From the NCBI GenBank assembly GCA_963727525.1, contig CAVSGO010000008.1, forward strand, positions 160,001 to 224,000: 64,000 nucleotides of DNA. Reading direction: 5' to 3'. Both the position numbers and the translations under genes were made by a program. The stretch is from an uncultured bacterium (lineage in GTDB: Bacteria; Krumholzibacteriota; Krumholzibacteriia; LZORAL124-64-63). The notes beneath the pieces are model-generated. The model searched no databases and was not told where the DNA came from. It worked only from the letters and a program-made list of their open reading frames with translations. This document shows, one piece after another, positions 10,704-19,842 of this stretch. The number at the start of each line of letters is the position of its first letter. Position 1 is the stretch's first letter.

Positions 10704-11081
10704 ATGCACACTCCCCTCGCCATCACCCCCGTCGCCCCCGCCATGGTTCACCTGGCCGCGTTCGTCGCGTCCGGGGTGGCGGTGGCCGCGGTCATCGTGG
10801 GGGTGCGGCGCTGGTGGCTGGGGAAGTTGCCGGTGGCCGATGCGCCGGTCGCCGACCGGGCCGGGGCGCGGCAACGCGACGTGCGCTGGCGAGCCGCCGT
10901 GGCGCTCGCGGCAGGCGTGGCAGCAGCAGCGGTGCTCATGCCGGCGCTGGTGGCGTTGCGCCAGCTCTATGCGTTGCCGGGCTTCGGGGCGCGGCTCGTG
11001 GTGCTGCTGGTGGCGTTGCTGCTGCTGCTGGTGGCCGCGTTACTGGCGCTACTGCTGGCCGATCCGGGCGAGGATACCTGA
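10704..11081 (+). CDS. Divergent NuoA-like 3-TM protein
   Basis: Three TM segments; 'VRW...LMPALV' aligns by eye to NuoA 'VRFY...LFPWAV'; first gene of the nuo-like cluster. Confidence 0.55.
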   Translation: MHTPLAITPVAPAMVHLAAFVASGVAVAAVIVGVRRWWLGKLPVADAPVADRAGARQRDVRWRAAVALAAGVAAAAVLMPALVALRQLYALPGFGARLVVLLVALLLLLVAALLALLLADPGEDT

Positions 11082-11084
11082 GTC

Positions 11085-11942
11085 ATGTCCGCTACCTTGC
11101 ATGCCGCCGTCCTGGTGTTGCCGACCCTGGCTCTCGTGAGCGTGTGGCCGGAGGTGGACGCCTGGCTCGATCGCCGTCTCGCGACCGAGTCGCGCGAGGT
11201 GACGGGAAACTGGCGAGAGAGCTTGTGGCGTCTGGGACCGCGCGGGCGCGGGGGCTGGTTGCGCTTCGGGGCGTTGCTGCTGGCGCTGGCGCCTTTGCCG
11301 GCAAGCGCGCATCTCGTGGGGGCCGATCTCGACGCGGGACTCGCCTGCGTGCTGGCCGCAGGGTTGCTGGCGCTCGCGGGCGCCTGGCTCGACGATCCCC
11401 AAGAGGTGACAGCGCGTCTGCCGGTGGTGGCCATTGGCGGGCTGGCGCTGGCGCTGGCCGGGGTGCCCATCGTGGCGCGGGTCTCGAGCCTGAATCTGAG
11501 CGACATCGTCATTGCGCAGCAGGGGGGACTCGGCAACTGGTTCCTCTGGCGCGACCCCTTCCTGCTCCTGGTCACCGCGGGATACGTGGCCACGGCGGCG
11601 TGTCTGGTGCCGGATCTCGGCGCCCTGCGCGGTGTGACCGATGCGGCCGGGCCGGCGGCCTGGACGCTCGTCACGAGCGTGCTCGGCGCGTGCCTCTTCC
11701 TTGGCGGCTGGTGGGGCGTGGTGCCGCAGCTCGACGTGCCGCAGCTCGGTGTGGCGCCGATCGTGCATCTGGGGTGCAAGGTGTTCGTGCTGGCGGCGGC
11801 CCAGATCTGGTTGCGCGGACGGCTGCCGCAGCCGCCGCGAGGAACGCGGAGCGAGCCGCCGGTGCGTCTGCTGCTGCTGGCCACGCTGGCCGGCGCGGTG
11901 GGGTCGACCCTGTGGATGGTACTCTCGGGCGAGGTGCTGTGA
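11085..11942 (+). CDS. Divergent NuoH-like membrane subunit
   Basis: SLNLSDIVIAQ...NW, LFLGGW and K......IWLR..LP motifs typical of NuoH. Confidence 0.75.
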   Translation: MSATLHAAVLVLPTLALVSVWPEVDAWLDRRLATESREVTGNWRESLWRLGPRGRGGWLRFGALLLALAPLPASAHLVGADLDAGLACVLAAGLLALAGAWLDDPQEVTARLPVVAIGGLALALAGVPIVARVSSLNLSDIVIAQQGGLGNWFLWRDPFLLLVTAGYVATAACLVPDLGALRGVTDAAGPAAWTLVTSVLGACLFLGGWWGVVPQLDVPQLGVAPIVHLGCKVFVLAAAQIWLRGRLPQPPRGTRSEPPVRLLLLATLAGAVGSTLWMVLSGEVL

Positions 11943-11946
11943 GGTC

Positions 11947-12435
11947 ATGACGGAATTCGTCTTCGTGGTGCTCGCGGGCATCGTCCTCGCGGCGGCGGGC
12001 GTGGCCGTGCTGGCCGATGTGGCCATGCTCAGGCGCCGGGCGCTGCTGCTGCAGGTGCTGGCGCTCGCCGCGCTCGTGCTGCTGGTCGGCGCGGATCTGC
12101 CGGCGTGGGCAGTTCTCGTGGGCGGGCTCACCGGCGGAGGCGTGGTGCTCGCCGCGCACACGCGCGATGCGGACGCCGCGGCGCGGACGTCGGCCGACCA
12201 GCGCGTGGTGCCGGCGGTGCTGGCGGCGCTGGTCTTCGCGGGGTTGTATTTCGTGGTCGCGACAGGGCACTGGAGTGGTGCGCAGCCCGAGGTGCCGGTG
12301 GCGCTCACGGCGCTGATCGGCGCGCGACTGCTCACGCGCGATCTCGTGGTGCTGGTCCTGCTGATCGTCTTTTTGGCCGGTGCCGTGGCGGGGGCGGCTC
12401 GACTGGCGGGACGTCCGCCGAGGGGGGGGGCATGA
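11947..12435 (+). CDS. Divergent NuoJ-like membrane subunit
   Basis: About 5 TM segments; C-terminal IGARLLT.......AVAGAARLA resembles NuoJ; RBS GAGG; position in cluster. Confidence 0.65.
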   Translation: MTEFVFVVLAGIVLAAAGVAVLADVAMLRRRALLLQVLALAALVLLVGADLPAWAVLVGGLTGGGVVLAAHTRDADAAARTSADQRVVPAVLAALVFAGLYFVVATGHWSGAQPEVPVALTALIGARLLTRDLVVLVLLIVFLAGAVAGAARLAGRPPRGGA

Positions 12436-12728
12436 GCTGGGGATTGGCCCCGTTTCTGGCCGTTGGGGCGGCCCTGGCCTCTCTGGGGTGTCTGGCCCTT
12501 ATGGTGCGGCGGGACCTGCGTGGCTTGCTGCTGGGCCTCCTGCTCCTGCTGGCCGGGGCGTGCCTCGACTTCGCTGCGGCGTCGCGACTCCTCGTGGACG
12601 AACTCGATGGGCACCTGGCGGTGCTCGTGATCGTGGTGCTCGGCGTGGCCCAGGTGCTCGTGCTCACGGCGCTGGCGCGCGAAGCCGGCGACGATGACGA
12701 CACGATCATGCCCGGAGATGCGCCTTGA
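12432..12728 (+). CDS. Divergent NuoK-like subunit
   Basis: 98 aa, 3 TM; ...VRRDL...FAAASR....DGH pattern of NuoK; ATGA overlap with the upstream gene. Confidence 0.75.
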   Translation: MSWGLAPFLAVGAALASLGCLALMVRRDLRGLLLGLLLLLAGACLDFAAASRLLVDELDGHLAVLVIVVLGVAQVLVLTALAREAGDDDDTIMPGDAP

Positions 12729-14629
12729 GTGCCGGCGCCGTCCTGGTGCAGGTCGCGGTGATCGTCGCCTTGCCGACGCTCGCCGGGCTGAGCCTGATGG
12801 CGGTGGGCTCGCGCCATGGTCGTCAGCCGGTGAGCGCGTGGATCGCCGCCGGCGCGGCTGCGGTGGCGGCGCTGCTGGCGGTGCGCCTCGTTGCCTGGGC
12901 GGCCACTGGGGGTGCGTCCGCGCTGCCCGTGGGTGGTCAGCATGCGTGGCTCACTTCCGACAACGTCGCGATCGCCGTGGGTGTGCATGTCGATGGTGCC
13001 GCGCTGGCGCTGCTGTTGCTGACGACGGTCGTGCCGATGCTCGTGCTCGTCCACCGCGCTTCGCAGCCTGCGGACGTGCCCGACGCGGCGCCGGCCGCCG
13101 TACTCCTGCATGCGGCAGCGCTTGGCGGACTCGGCGTGGCCAGCGGACTCATTCCCCTCGTGACGTTCTGGTTGCTGGGCGGACTCGCCGCCGCCGTGCT
13201 CGTGGCGACGGGGCAGCCGCGCGCCACGGCGCTGGCGGCAGGCCGCGGCCTCTTCCTGGCCGAGGTCGTGGGCGTGATGGGGCTGGGACTGGCGGCCGTG
13301 ATCTGCCGTGTCGTCTGCTCGCCGGCCGATCCGTTCTCGCCCGCGACCACGCCGCTCGCGAGCGCGTGGCCGGCCGGGCCGATGCGGTCCCTGGCCGGGG
13401 CCGGGCTCCTGCTCGCGGCGGCCGCGCGCGCGTCGCAGTTGCCGCTCGCGTGGTGGCTGCCACGCGGGGGTGTGGCGCCGGCGTCGGCGCGCGCCGTCCT
13501 GCTGAGCGGTATGCACGGCGCGAGTGGACTCGTGCTCCTGTTGCGCTTCAACCTGCTCATGGACATGCCGGTGCGGATCGCCGCGCTCACACTGGGCGGG
13601 ACAACCGCGTTCGTACTCGCGTGCGTGGGGTTGGCACAGACGTCGCGGTCGCGCGCGGTGGGGAGCCTGGCTGCCCTGTCGCTCGCCGCGGCCCTCAGCG
13701 TGCTCGGCGCCGGGGGCGATCCTCGCACGGTGCTCGTACTCCTGCTCTCGCAGACGCCGGCGCTTGCCGTGCTGGCGCTGGTCACCGAAGGAAGCCTGAT
13801 CGGACGGCGCGGCACGACCGTCGCCTGGGTGATCGCGGCCACGGTGGTGGTGGGAATGCCCGGCACGGGCGGATTCCTCGCCTGGCGCGATGCGCTGGGC
13901 ACCCTGTTCACCGAGTCGGCACCCCTGCTCGTGGCCTTCGTGGTGCTCTGGCTGAGTCGTGTGGCGACTGTCGCGGTGCTCGTGCGATGGTGGCTGCACG
14001 ATCGGATGCGCAGCGAGTCGGCGGCACCGGCTGCGCCGGCTCCGGGGGGCGCGTTGATGGCGCTCGCGATATTCGCCTTGGCGAGCCTGCTCTGGCATGG
14101 CAGTGGTGGGGGCTGGTTGAGTCGGTTGCTCAATGCTGATCCGCAGGCCTCGCTGTTTCTGCCGCCGCCGTTGCCGTTCTGGCTGGCGGCTGCGCTACCG
14201 CTGGCCGCGATCGTCGTCGGCGCGCTGCTCGGCTGGACGGGGCGCACACGCTCGCCGGCTGAGGGATGGCCCTGGCCGCCGGCGCTGCACCACGTGCCGG
14301 CACGGCTGCGTCTGATGGTGGCCGGGCCGGGGCCGCTGGCCGCGGCGATGTCGCATGCATTGACGACGGTGGCGCGTGCCGTGGCGGGCTGCGACCGGGT
14401 CGTGGCCGTGGGCATCGTCGACGGTTGCGGCTGGATCGTGAGGGTCGTGGCGCGGATGGTCATGCTGATCGACCAGGGGCTCACTCGTCTCTTGACGGAA
14501 GGCACGGAACTGGTCTTCGATCGTGCCGGAGCGGCGATGCAGAGGGTGCAGACCGGTCGGCTCCGCGACGGCATGATCGTGGCCGTGGCCGTGGGAGTGG
14601 GCGTGGTGCTCGTCATGGTGGCGCGGTGA
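12725..14629 (+). CDS. Divergent NuoL-like antiporter-type subunit
   Basis: SQLPLAWWLP (cf. KSAQFPLHVWLP), GMPGTGGF, C-terminal VQTGRLR; TTGA overlap. Confidence 0.8.
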   Translation: MSAGAVLVQVAVIVALPTLAGLSLMAVGSRHGRQPVSAWIAAGAAAVAALLAVRLVAWAATGGASALPVGGQHAWLTSDNVAIAVGVHVDGAALALLLLTTVVPMLVLVHRASQPADVPDAAPAAVLLHAAALGGLGVASGLIPLVTFWLLGGLAAAVLVATGQPRATALAAGRGLFLAEVVGVMGLGLAAVICRVVCSPADPFSPATTPLASAWPAGPMRSLAGAGLLLAAAARASQLPLAWWLPRGGVAPASARAVLLSGMHGASGLVLLLRFNLLMDMPVRIAALTLGGTTAFVLACVGLAQTSRSRAVGSLAALSLAAALSVLGAGGDPRTVLVLLLSQTPALAVLALVTEGSLIGRRGTTVAWVIAATVVVGMPGTGGFLAWRDALGTLFTESAPLLVAFVVLWLSRVATVAVLVRWWLHDRMRSESAAPAAPAPGGALMALAIFALASLLWHGSGGGWLSRLLNADPQASLFLPPPLPFWLAAALPLAAIVVGALLGWTGRTRSPAEGWPWPPALHHVPARLRLMVAGPGPLAAAMSHALTTVARAVAGCDRVVAVGIVDGCGWIVRVVARMVMLIDQGLTRLLTEGTELVFDRAGAAMQRVQTGRLRDGMIVAVAVGVGVVLVMVAR

Positions 14630-14669
14630 GTCCGGCACACGGGTGCGCCGAACGCCGGGAGCGACGAAC

Positions 14670-16169
14670 GTGATACCGTCCTACTTGCTGTCGTGGATGA
14701 TCTTCGTGCCGCTGGGCGGCGCGGCGGTGATCGCGTGCCTGCCGGCGCGACGGCACGAGGTGATCCGCACGGTGGCGGCCTGCACGTCGGCGCTGCCGCT
14801 GGTGATGGGCGTGATCCTGCTGCTGCGCTTCCGGGCCGACGCCGTGACCTTCCAGTTCGTCGAGCACTACACGTGGATTCCTGCGTTCGGTATCGAGTAC
14901 TTCGTGGGCGTGGACGGTATCAGCCTGCCGTTGCTCGCGCTCACCGTACTGCTGGTGTTCCTCGCGCTCGTGACGTCGTGGCGCGTGGGGCAGGCCGTGA
15001 AGGGCTACTTCGCACTCATCCTCGTGCTGGAGACCGGTCTCATCGGCGCGTTCGGCGCGCTCGACGCGTGCCTGCTGTGGGTGTTCTGGGAAGTCGTGCT
15101 GGTGACGGTGTTCTTCCTGGTGGCCTTCTGGGGGCAACCCGGCCGCGAGACCGCCGCCACGCGCTTTCTCATCACCACGCAGGTCGGCGCCATGCTGCTG
15201 CTCATCGCGATCCTTGCGCTCCGGCAGCACGTGTCCGATCCCGTGACGGGTCGGCCGACGTTCAACCTCATCCTGCTGATGGATCAGGCGAATCACGACC
15301 AGTGGCTTTCGGTGGTGGCGACGCGCCATCTGCTGTGGTGCGGCATCGCGCTGGGCTGCGCGGCGCTGCTGCCGGTGGTGCCTCTGCACGTCTGGCTGCC
15401 ATCGTTGCATACACACGCCCAGCCCTCGATCTCGCTGCTCGTGGCCGGCGTGGTGGTGAAGCTGGGGGCCTACGGACTGCTGCGCATCGCCCTGCCCGTG
15501 CTGCCCGACGCCACGGCGTGGGGTGCGCCGGTCCTCGTGTGGCTGGGCGTGGTCGGCGTGCTCTGGGGCGGGTTCTGCGCTCTGGCAGCCGGCGAGCTGA
15601 GTCGCGTGGTGGCGTTCGGCAGCCTGAGCATCCTGAGTTTCGTGCCGCTGGGACTGGGGTCGCTCACGTCCGAGGGCCTGCACGGCGCCGCCGCGCTGCT
15701 GGTTGGCCACGGGCTCGTGCTGGGCATGCTCTTCGTGGCCGTGGGCGGGCTGCGCGACCGCGCCGGCCACCTCGACCTGCCGCGCTGGGGTGGTCTCTAC
15801 CGCCGCGCGCCGGTGCTCGCCGCGTTCTTCACCGCCGCCCTGCTGGCCGTGGTGGGCTTGCCGGGACTCGCCGTGTTCCCCGGCGTGGTGCTCGTGCTGC
15901 TGGGCGCCTTCGCGCGCGCGCCGCTGACGGCGGTGCTCGCCGCCGGCGGTCTCGTACTCGGCGCGTCGTGGGTGGTGCGCGTGGTGCTGCAAGTGTGCCT
16001 ACGCGAGCCGGTCGTCGACCTCGGCGACAACCCCGCGATCACGGCGCCGGAACTGGGTGTGATGGTGCCCCTCGGCGCACTCGTCCTGGCCCTCGGCCTG
16101 TATCCGCAACCCCTCCTCGTCATGGGCCGCACCGTGCTCGACGCTCTGCTGGCGGCGATCGGCGGCTAG
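14670..16169 (+). CDS. NuoM-like antiporter-type subunit
   Basis: WIPAFGIEYFVGVDGIS, FWE, PLHVWLP, KLGAYGLLR, GLYPQP. Confidence 0.9.
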   Translation: MIPSYLLSWMIFVPLGGAAVIACLPARRHEVIRTVAACTSALPLVMGVILLLRFRADAVTFQFVEHYTWIPAFGIEYFVGVDGISLPLLALTVLLVFLALVTSWRVGQAVKGYFALILVLETGLIGAFGALDACLLWVFWEVVLVTVFFLVAFWGQPGRETAATRFLITTQVGAMLLLIAILALRQHVSDPVTGRPTFNLILLMDQANHDQWLSVVATRHLLWCGIALGCAALLPVVPLHVWLPSLHTHAQPSISLLVAGVVVKLGAYGLLRIALPVLPDATAWGAPVLVWLGVVGVLWGGFCALAAGELSRVVAFGSLSILSFVPLGLGSLTSEGLHGAAALLVGHGLVLGMLFVAVGGLRDRAGHLDLPRWGGLYRRAPVLAAFFTAALLAVVGLPGLAVFPGVVLVLLGAFARAPLTAVLAAGGLVLGASWVVRVVLQVCLREPVVDLGDNPAITAPELGVMVPLGALVLALGLYPQPLLVMGRTVLDALLAAIGG

Positions 16170-16368
16170 CGGCGAGCCGGGTGGTCACGGTGTGACGGCG
16201 CGGCACGCTTCCCGGCACACGGACCGTCGTTTGCAGCGGTTTTGCGGCCGGAATCGTGGGCTGGGCGTGGGCACGCCGGTTGCCATATAGTACGAAAGCA
16301 CCGAAGACGCGCGGCACCGGCCGCGGCCCTGACAACGACAGCCGTAACCGGCGCGAGGACGTTGCCTG

Positions 16369-17715
16369 ATGAGGACGATCCGCCAACTCCCGCAGATCCT
16401 GGGACTCGCCCTCGTGGCGACGGCGCTGCTGGCGTCCTCGCCGGCCGCCAGGTCGGCCCCCGTCGCGACCGAGCCGAGCTTCTCGCTCGAGACCATCCGG
16501 ATCGTGCCCGACGACCGCGAGACGGTGGCGATCGTGAGCCGCGACCTGCCGGTGCGCACGGGCCAGACCGTCACCGCCGGCATCCTCGTGCAGACGCGCG
16601 ACTACCTCACCGGATCGGGGCACTACCGCACCGTGGACGTGTACACGGAGCGCGGCAGCCGTCCGGGCGCCATCGTGCTGGTCGTGGAAGTGGAGCGCGC
16701 GCGCGCGGTTCGTCTCGAGACAGGGCTCGGCTTCGAACCGCTGAGGAGCTGGTACCTCAACATCATCGGCATGCGGGTCGTGAGCCCCCTCGGCCGCGGC
16801 GGCCTCTTCCGGGCCGGCTTCCATCAGGGTCTGCGCAGCGGTGGACTGTATCTCGACCTCGACGTTCCCGCGCTCCTGGGCCCTGGCCTCGACCTCGTGG
16901 CCGACGGCGGCGCCTACGAGGAACTGTGGGACGTGCCTGCCCGCGATGTGGCCTACTACCAGTCGATCTGGCACTTCCGTCTGGTGCCGGGCGTACGCAA
17001 ACGCCTGCGTGACGGCCCGTCCATGTTGCTGTGGTCGGGATTCTCGAGTTCACGCGTCGATCGCGAGTTGCAGAGCGACGACCAGGACGCGCCCGACGTC
17101 GACCCGGCCGCCCTCGTCCCGCAGATTCCGCACACCACGAGTTTCTGGGAGAGCCGGCTCGAGGTGCAGCTCGATCGTCGCGACCCCCTGCGCCCCTGGC
17201 AGGCGGGACACTGGCTGGGCTGGACGCTGAAGGGCGCCCTCAGCGATCGCGGCGACGGGTTCTGGGGTACGTCAGTCGATGCCCACGTGGCCGTGCCCGT
17301 GGTGGGGAACGCCGCGGCCGCTTTCCGCGCGCGGGCCGACTATGCCGGTCCCGGCACGCCCTATTACATGCGTCCGATCCTCGGTGGCGTGCGCAGTCTG
17401 CGTGGCTTCACGATGGGCGGACTCAGCGGCCCGCGCGGTGCACGTGCCACCTGGCAGGTCAACGGCGAGTGGCGACAACCGCTGGCAGGGCGTGACCCGC
17501 GGCGGCCTGCCGTCATCGGCACCGTGTTCGCAGACGTGGGCCAGTTCTGGGACGCCGACGGGGCGTCGCACGCGCTCGCGGCCAGCATCGGGTACGGCGC
17601 GCTCTTTCGCATCCGCTGGCTGCAGACCGTCAACGTGGAGATCGCGTATCCAATCACGAGGGACCTGACGGGCAATCCCGTGGTCCTGCACGTCAGTCTG
17701 GGCAGGTCGTTCTAG
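16369..17715 (+). CDS. Omp85/BamA-TamA family outer-membrane protein
   Basis: Signal peptide, POTRA-like N-terminus, LGG..SLRGF, VFADVG, C-terminal SLGRSF. Confidence 0.85.
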   Translation: MRTIRQLPQILGLALVATALLASSPAARSAPVATEPSFSLETIRIVPDDRETVAIVSRDLPVRTGQTVTAGILVQTRDYLTGSGHYRTVDVYTERGSRPGAIVLVVEVERARAVRLETGLGFEPLRSWYLNIIGMRVVSPLGRGGLFRAGFHQGLRSGGLYLDLDVPALLGPGLDLVADGGAYEELWDVPARDVAYYQSIWHFRLVPGVRKRLRDGPSMLLWSGFSSSRVDRELQSDDQDAPDVDPAALVPQIPHTTSFWESRLEVQLDRRDPLRPWQAGHWLGWTLKGALSDRGDGFWGTSVDAHVAVPVVGNAAAAFRARADYAGPGTPYYMRPILGGVRSLRGFTMGGLSGPRGARATWQVNGEWRQPLAGRDPRRPAVIGTVFADVGQFWDADGASHALAASIGYGALFRIRWLQTVNVEIAYPITRDLTGNPVVLHVSLGRSF

Positions 17716-17719
17716 CACG

Positions 17720-18361
17720 ATGCTTCGGGGGTGGTGGCATCGCGGGATCTTCATGGTCGCGCTCGTGAGCGCGACGGCGCTGGCCTATGCCGCGCAGCGA
17801 GGTGAGATCGTGAGCTTGCACCCCTATCGCGACACCGGCTGGTTGCGCCTCGACCTGCGTGCGCGCAACCTCCTCGACGACCGTACCGTGTCAACCATCG
17901 AGAGCGGGTTGCCAGGCACCTGCGTCTTCCATCTGCGCGTGGAGAACCGCGACGGTGAGGTGGTGGTGGAACGGCTGGTCGAGCTGAGCCTGCGCTTCGA
18001 TCTGTGGGAGAACCACTACGTGCTCGATGGTGAGGGCGAGTCGCTCACCCTGCCATCGCTGGCCGCGGCCGACTCTGCCTGGTCCACATTGCACGGTCAG
18101 CGCCTCTGTGCGCTCGACCGACTCGCCCCGCAGGACGAGTACCGCGTCCTGGTGCGCACGGCCGTGCAACCACTGGCGCCCGAGGATCGCGAGCGTCTGA
18201 GCCACTACGTGAGCCGCAACAGCGGGGGCGGAGGCGAGGAGGTGGCGCTGGATCTGGGTGCCCTCATCAGCGGCATCTTCGGGCGTCACGGCAGTGGCGA
18301 GCGCATCGTGGAATACGCCGGCCGCTACTTCCGGCGCGACGACCTGGAGGTCCGGCCATGA
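17720..18361 (+). CDS. DUF4390 domain protein
   Basis: IESG.P...F, LRFDLW..HY pattern; upstream of an NtrY-like kinase. Confidence 0.7.
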   Translation: MLRGWWHRGIFMVALVSATALAYAAQRGEIVSLHPYRDTGWLRLDLRARNLLDDRTVSTIESGLPGTCVFHLRVENRDGEVVVERLVELSLRFDLWENHYVLDGEGESLTLPSLAAADSAWSTLHGQRLCALDRLAPQDEYRVLVRTAVQPLAPEDRERLSHYVSRNSGGGGEEVALDLGALISGIFGRHGSGERIVEYAGRYFRRDDLEVRP

Positions 18362-19842
18362 GCCTGCGCTTGCGCCTCGCCATGCTGATGGCCTTGCTCA
18401 CGGTGTTGCCGACGCTCCCGGCGGCCCTGGTGGCGCGCAACGTCATCTCCCGCACACTCGATCTCGGCTTCTCCACCGACGTGGATGCCGCGCTCGACGC
18501 CGGCGTGCGTCAGGCGCGGGCGAACTTCGTGCTGCAGCGCGCGGCCCTCGGCGATTCCCTCGCGACCTGGGCGCGCGAGACGCTCGGCGAGGATCTCGAT
18601 CCCGCCGCGGTGCGCGGGCTCCCGGCCGACGATCCGCGCCTCGTCACCGCTCCCGGTGCCTGCGTGTTGCTCGACGAAGGCGACGGCCGGGTGCGCGTCG
18701 TGCGCGGCGATCCGCGGCACATGGTCGAACCTGGGACGTCGGCGCCCGACGAGCCTCCCCATCTCGTGTCGGCCACCATTGCGCTGTCCGGTGGTGGCTC
18801 GCTGGAAGCCCGTGCGCCTGTCGCGGCCACCTGGCGCGCCGACGCCCGCCAGCTCGCGACGAGCCTGCAAGCCATGCGCGGCCTGCAGGTGCAACGCGTG
18901 GAGCTGGAGCGCGGCTTCTGGCTGCCGTTCCTGGCGATCGTCGTCATCGGGCTCGTGGCTGCGCTGGCGGCGGCCGCGTGGTTGAGCCGCGGCCTCACCG
19001 TGCCCCTCGGTCACCTCGACGCCGCCGCCCGCGCGGTGGCGGCGGGATCCTGGGACGTGCAGGTGCCGCCCACCGGCAGCGGCGAACTGCGGCAGCTCGG
19101 GACGCGCTTCAATGCCATGGTGCGCACCCTCGACGCCCAGTCGCGCCGGCTCGTGGATCTGGAGACCATGGCCGGTTGGCGCGAGATGGCCCGCGCGCTG
19201 GCTCACGAGGTGAAGAACCCGCTCACGCCCATCCAGCTCACCGTGGAGGAGATCCGCGAGCGCTACCACGGTGACGATCCCGAGTACCGCACGTTGCTCG
19301 AGGAGTGCACGCGGATCATCGTGCACGAGGTGGAGAGCTTGCGCAACGTGGTGACTCGCTTTCGCGAATTCTCGCGGCCGGTGGAGCCGCACTTCGCCCC
19401 CGTAGACCTGAATCGGCTCGTCACGGAGATCGGCGCCCTGCAGCGCGACATGCGCGTGGAGGTGGACACGGCCCCCGATCTCGCGCCCATCCTCGCGGAC
19501 GACGACCAGTTGCGCCAGATGCTCATGAACCTGGCGCGCAATGCCCAGCAGGCCACCGCCGACCAGGCCGAGCCGCGCCTGCGTCTCGCCACTCGGGCCA
19601 CGCCGACGGGGGCGGTGGTCACCGTCGAGGACAGTGGTGACGGCGTGCCGGCGGCCGAGCGCGAGCGCATCTTCGAACCCTACCGCACCGGCAAGAGCGG
19701 CGGTCTGGGCCTGGGACTGGCGCTGGTCAAGGGCATCGTGCTGGCCCATGGCGGCGTGATCCGCGTGGACGACGGACCCAGGGGCGGCGCCCGCTTCGTG
19801 ATCGAGCTGCCGCGGGATCCCAACCCCAGGAGCGACGCATGA
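18358..19842 (+). CDS. NtrY-like HAMP sensor histidine kinase
   Basis: WREMARALAHEVKNPLTPI H-box, HAMP domain, N/G boxes. Confidence 0.92.
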   Translation: MSLRLRLAMLMALLTVLPTLPAALVARNVISRTLDLGFSTDVDAALDAGVRQARANFVLQRAALGDSLATWARETLGEDLDPAAVRGLPADDPRLVTAPGACVLLDEGDGRVRVVRGDPRHMVEPGTSAPDEPPHLVSATIALSGGGSLEARAPVAATWRADARQLATSLQAMRGLQVQRVELERGFWLPFLAIVVIGLVAALAAAAWLSRGLTVPLGHLDAAARAVAAGSWDVQVPPTGSGELRQLGTRFNAMVRTLDAQSRRLVDLETMAGWREMARALAHEVKNPLTPIQLTVEEIRERYHGDDPEYRTLLEECTRIIVHEVESLRNVVTRFREFSRPVEPHFAPVDLNRLVTEIGALQRDMRVEVDTAPDLAPILADDDQLRQMLMNLARNAQQATADQAEPRLRLATRATPTGAVVTVEDSGDGVPAAERERIFEPYRTGKSGGLGLGLALVKGIVLAHGGVIRVDDGPRGGARFVIELPRDPNPRSDA

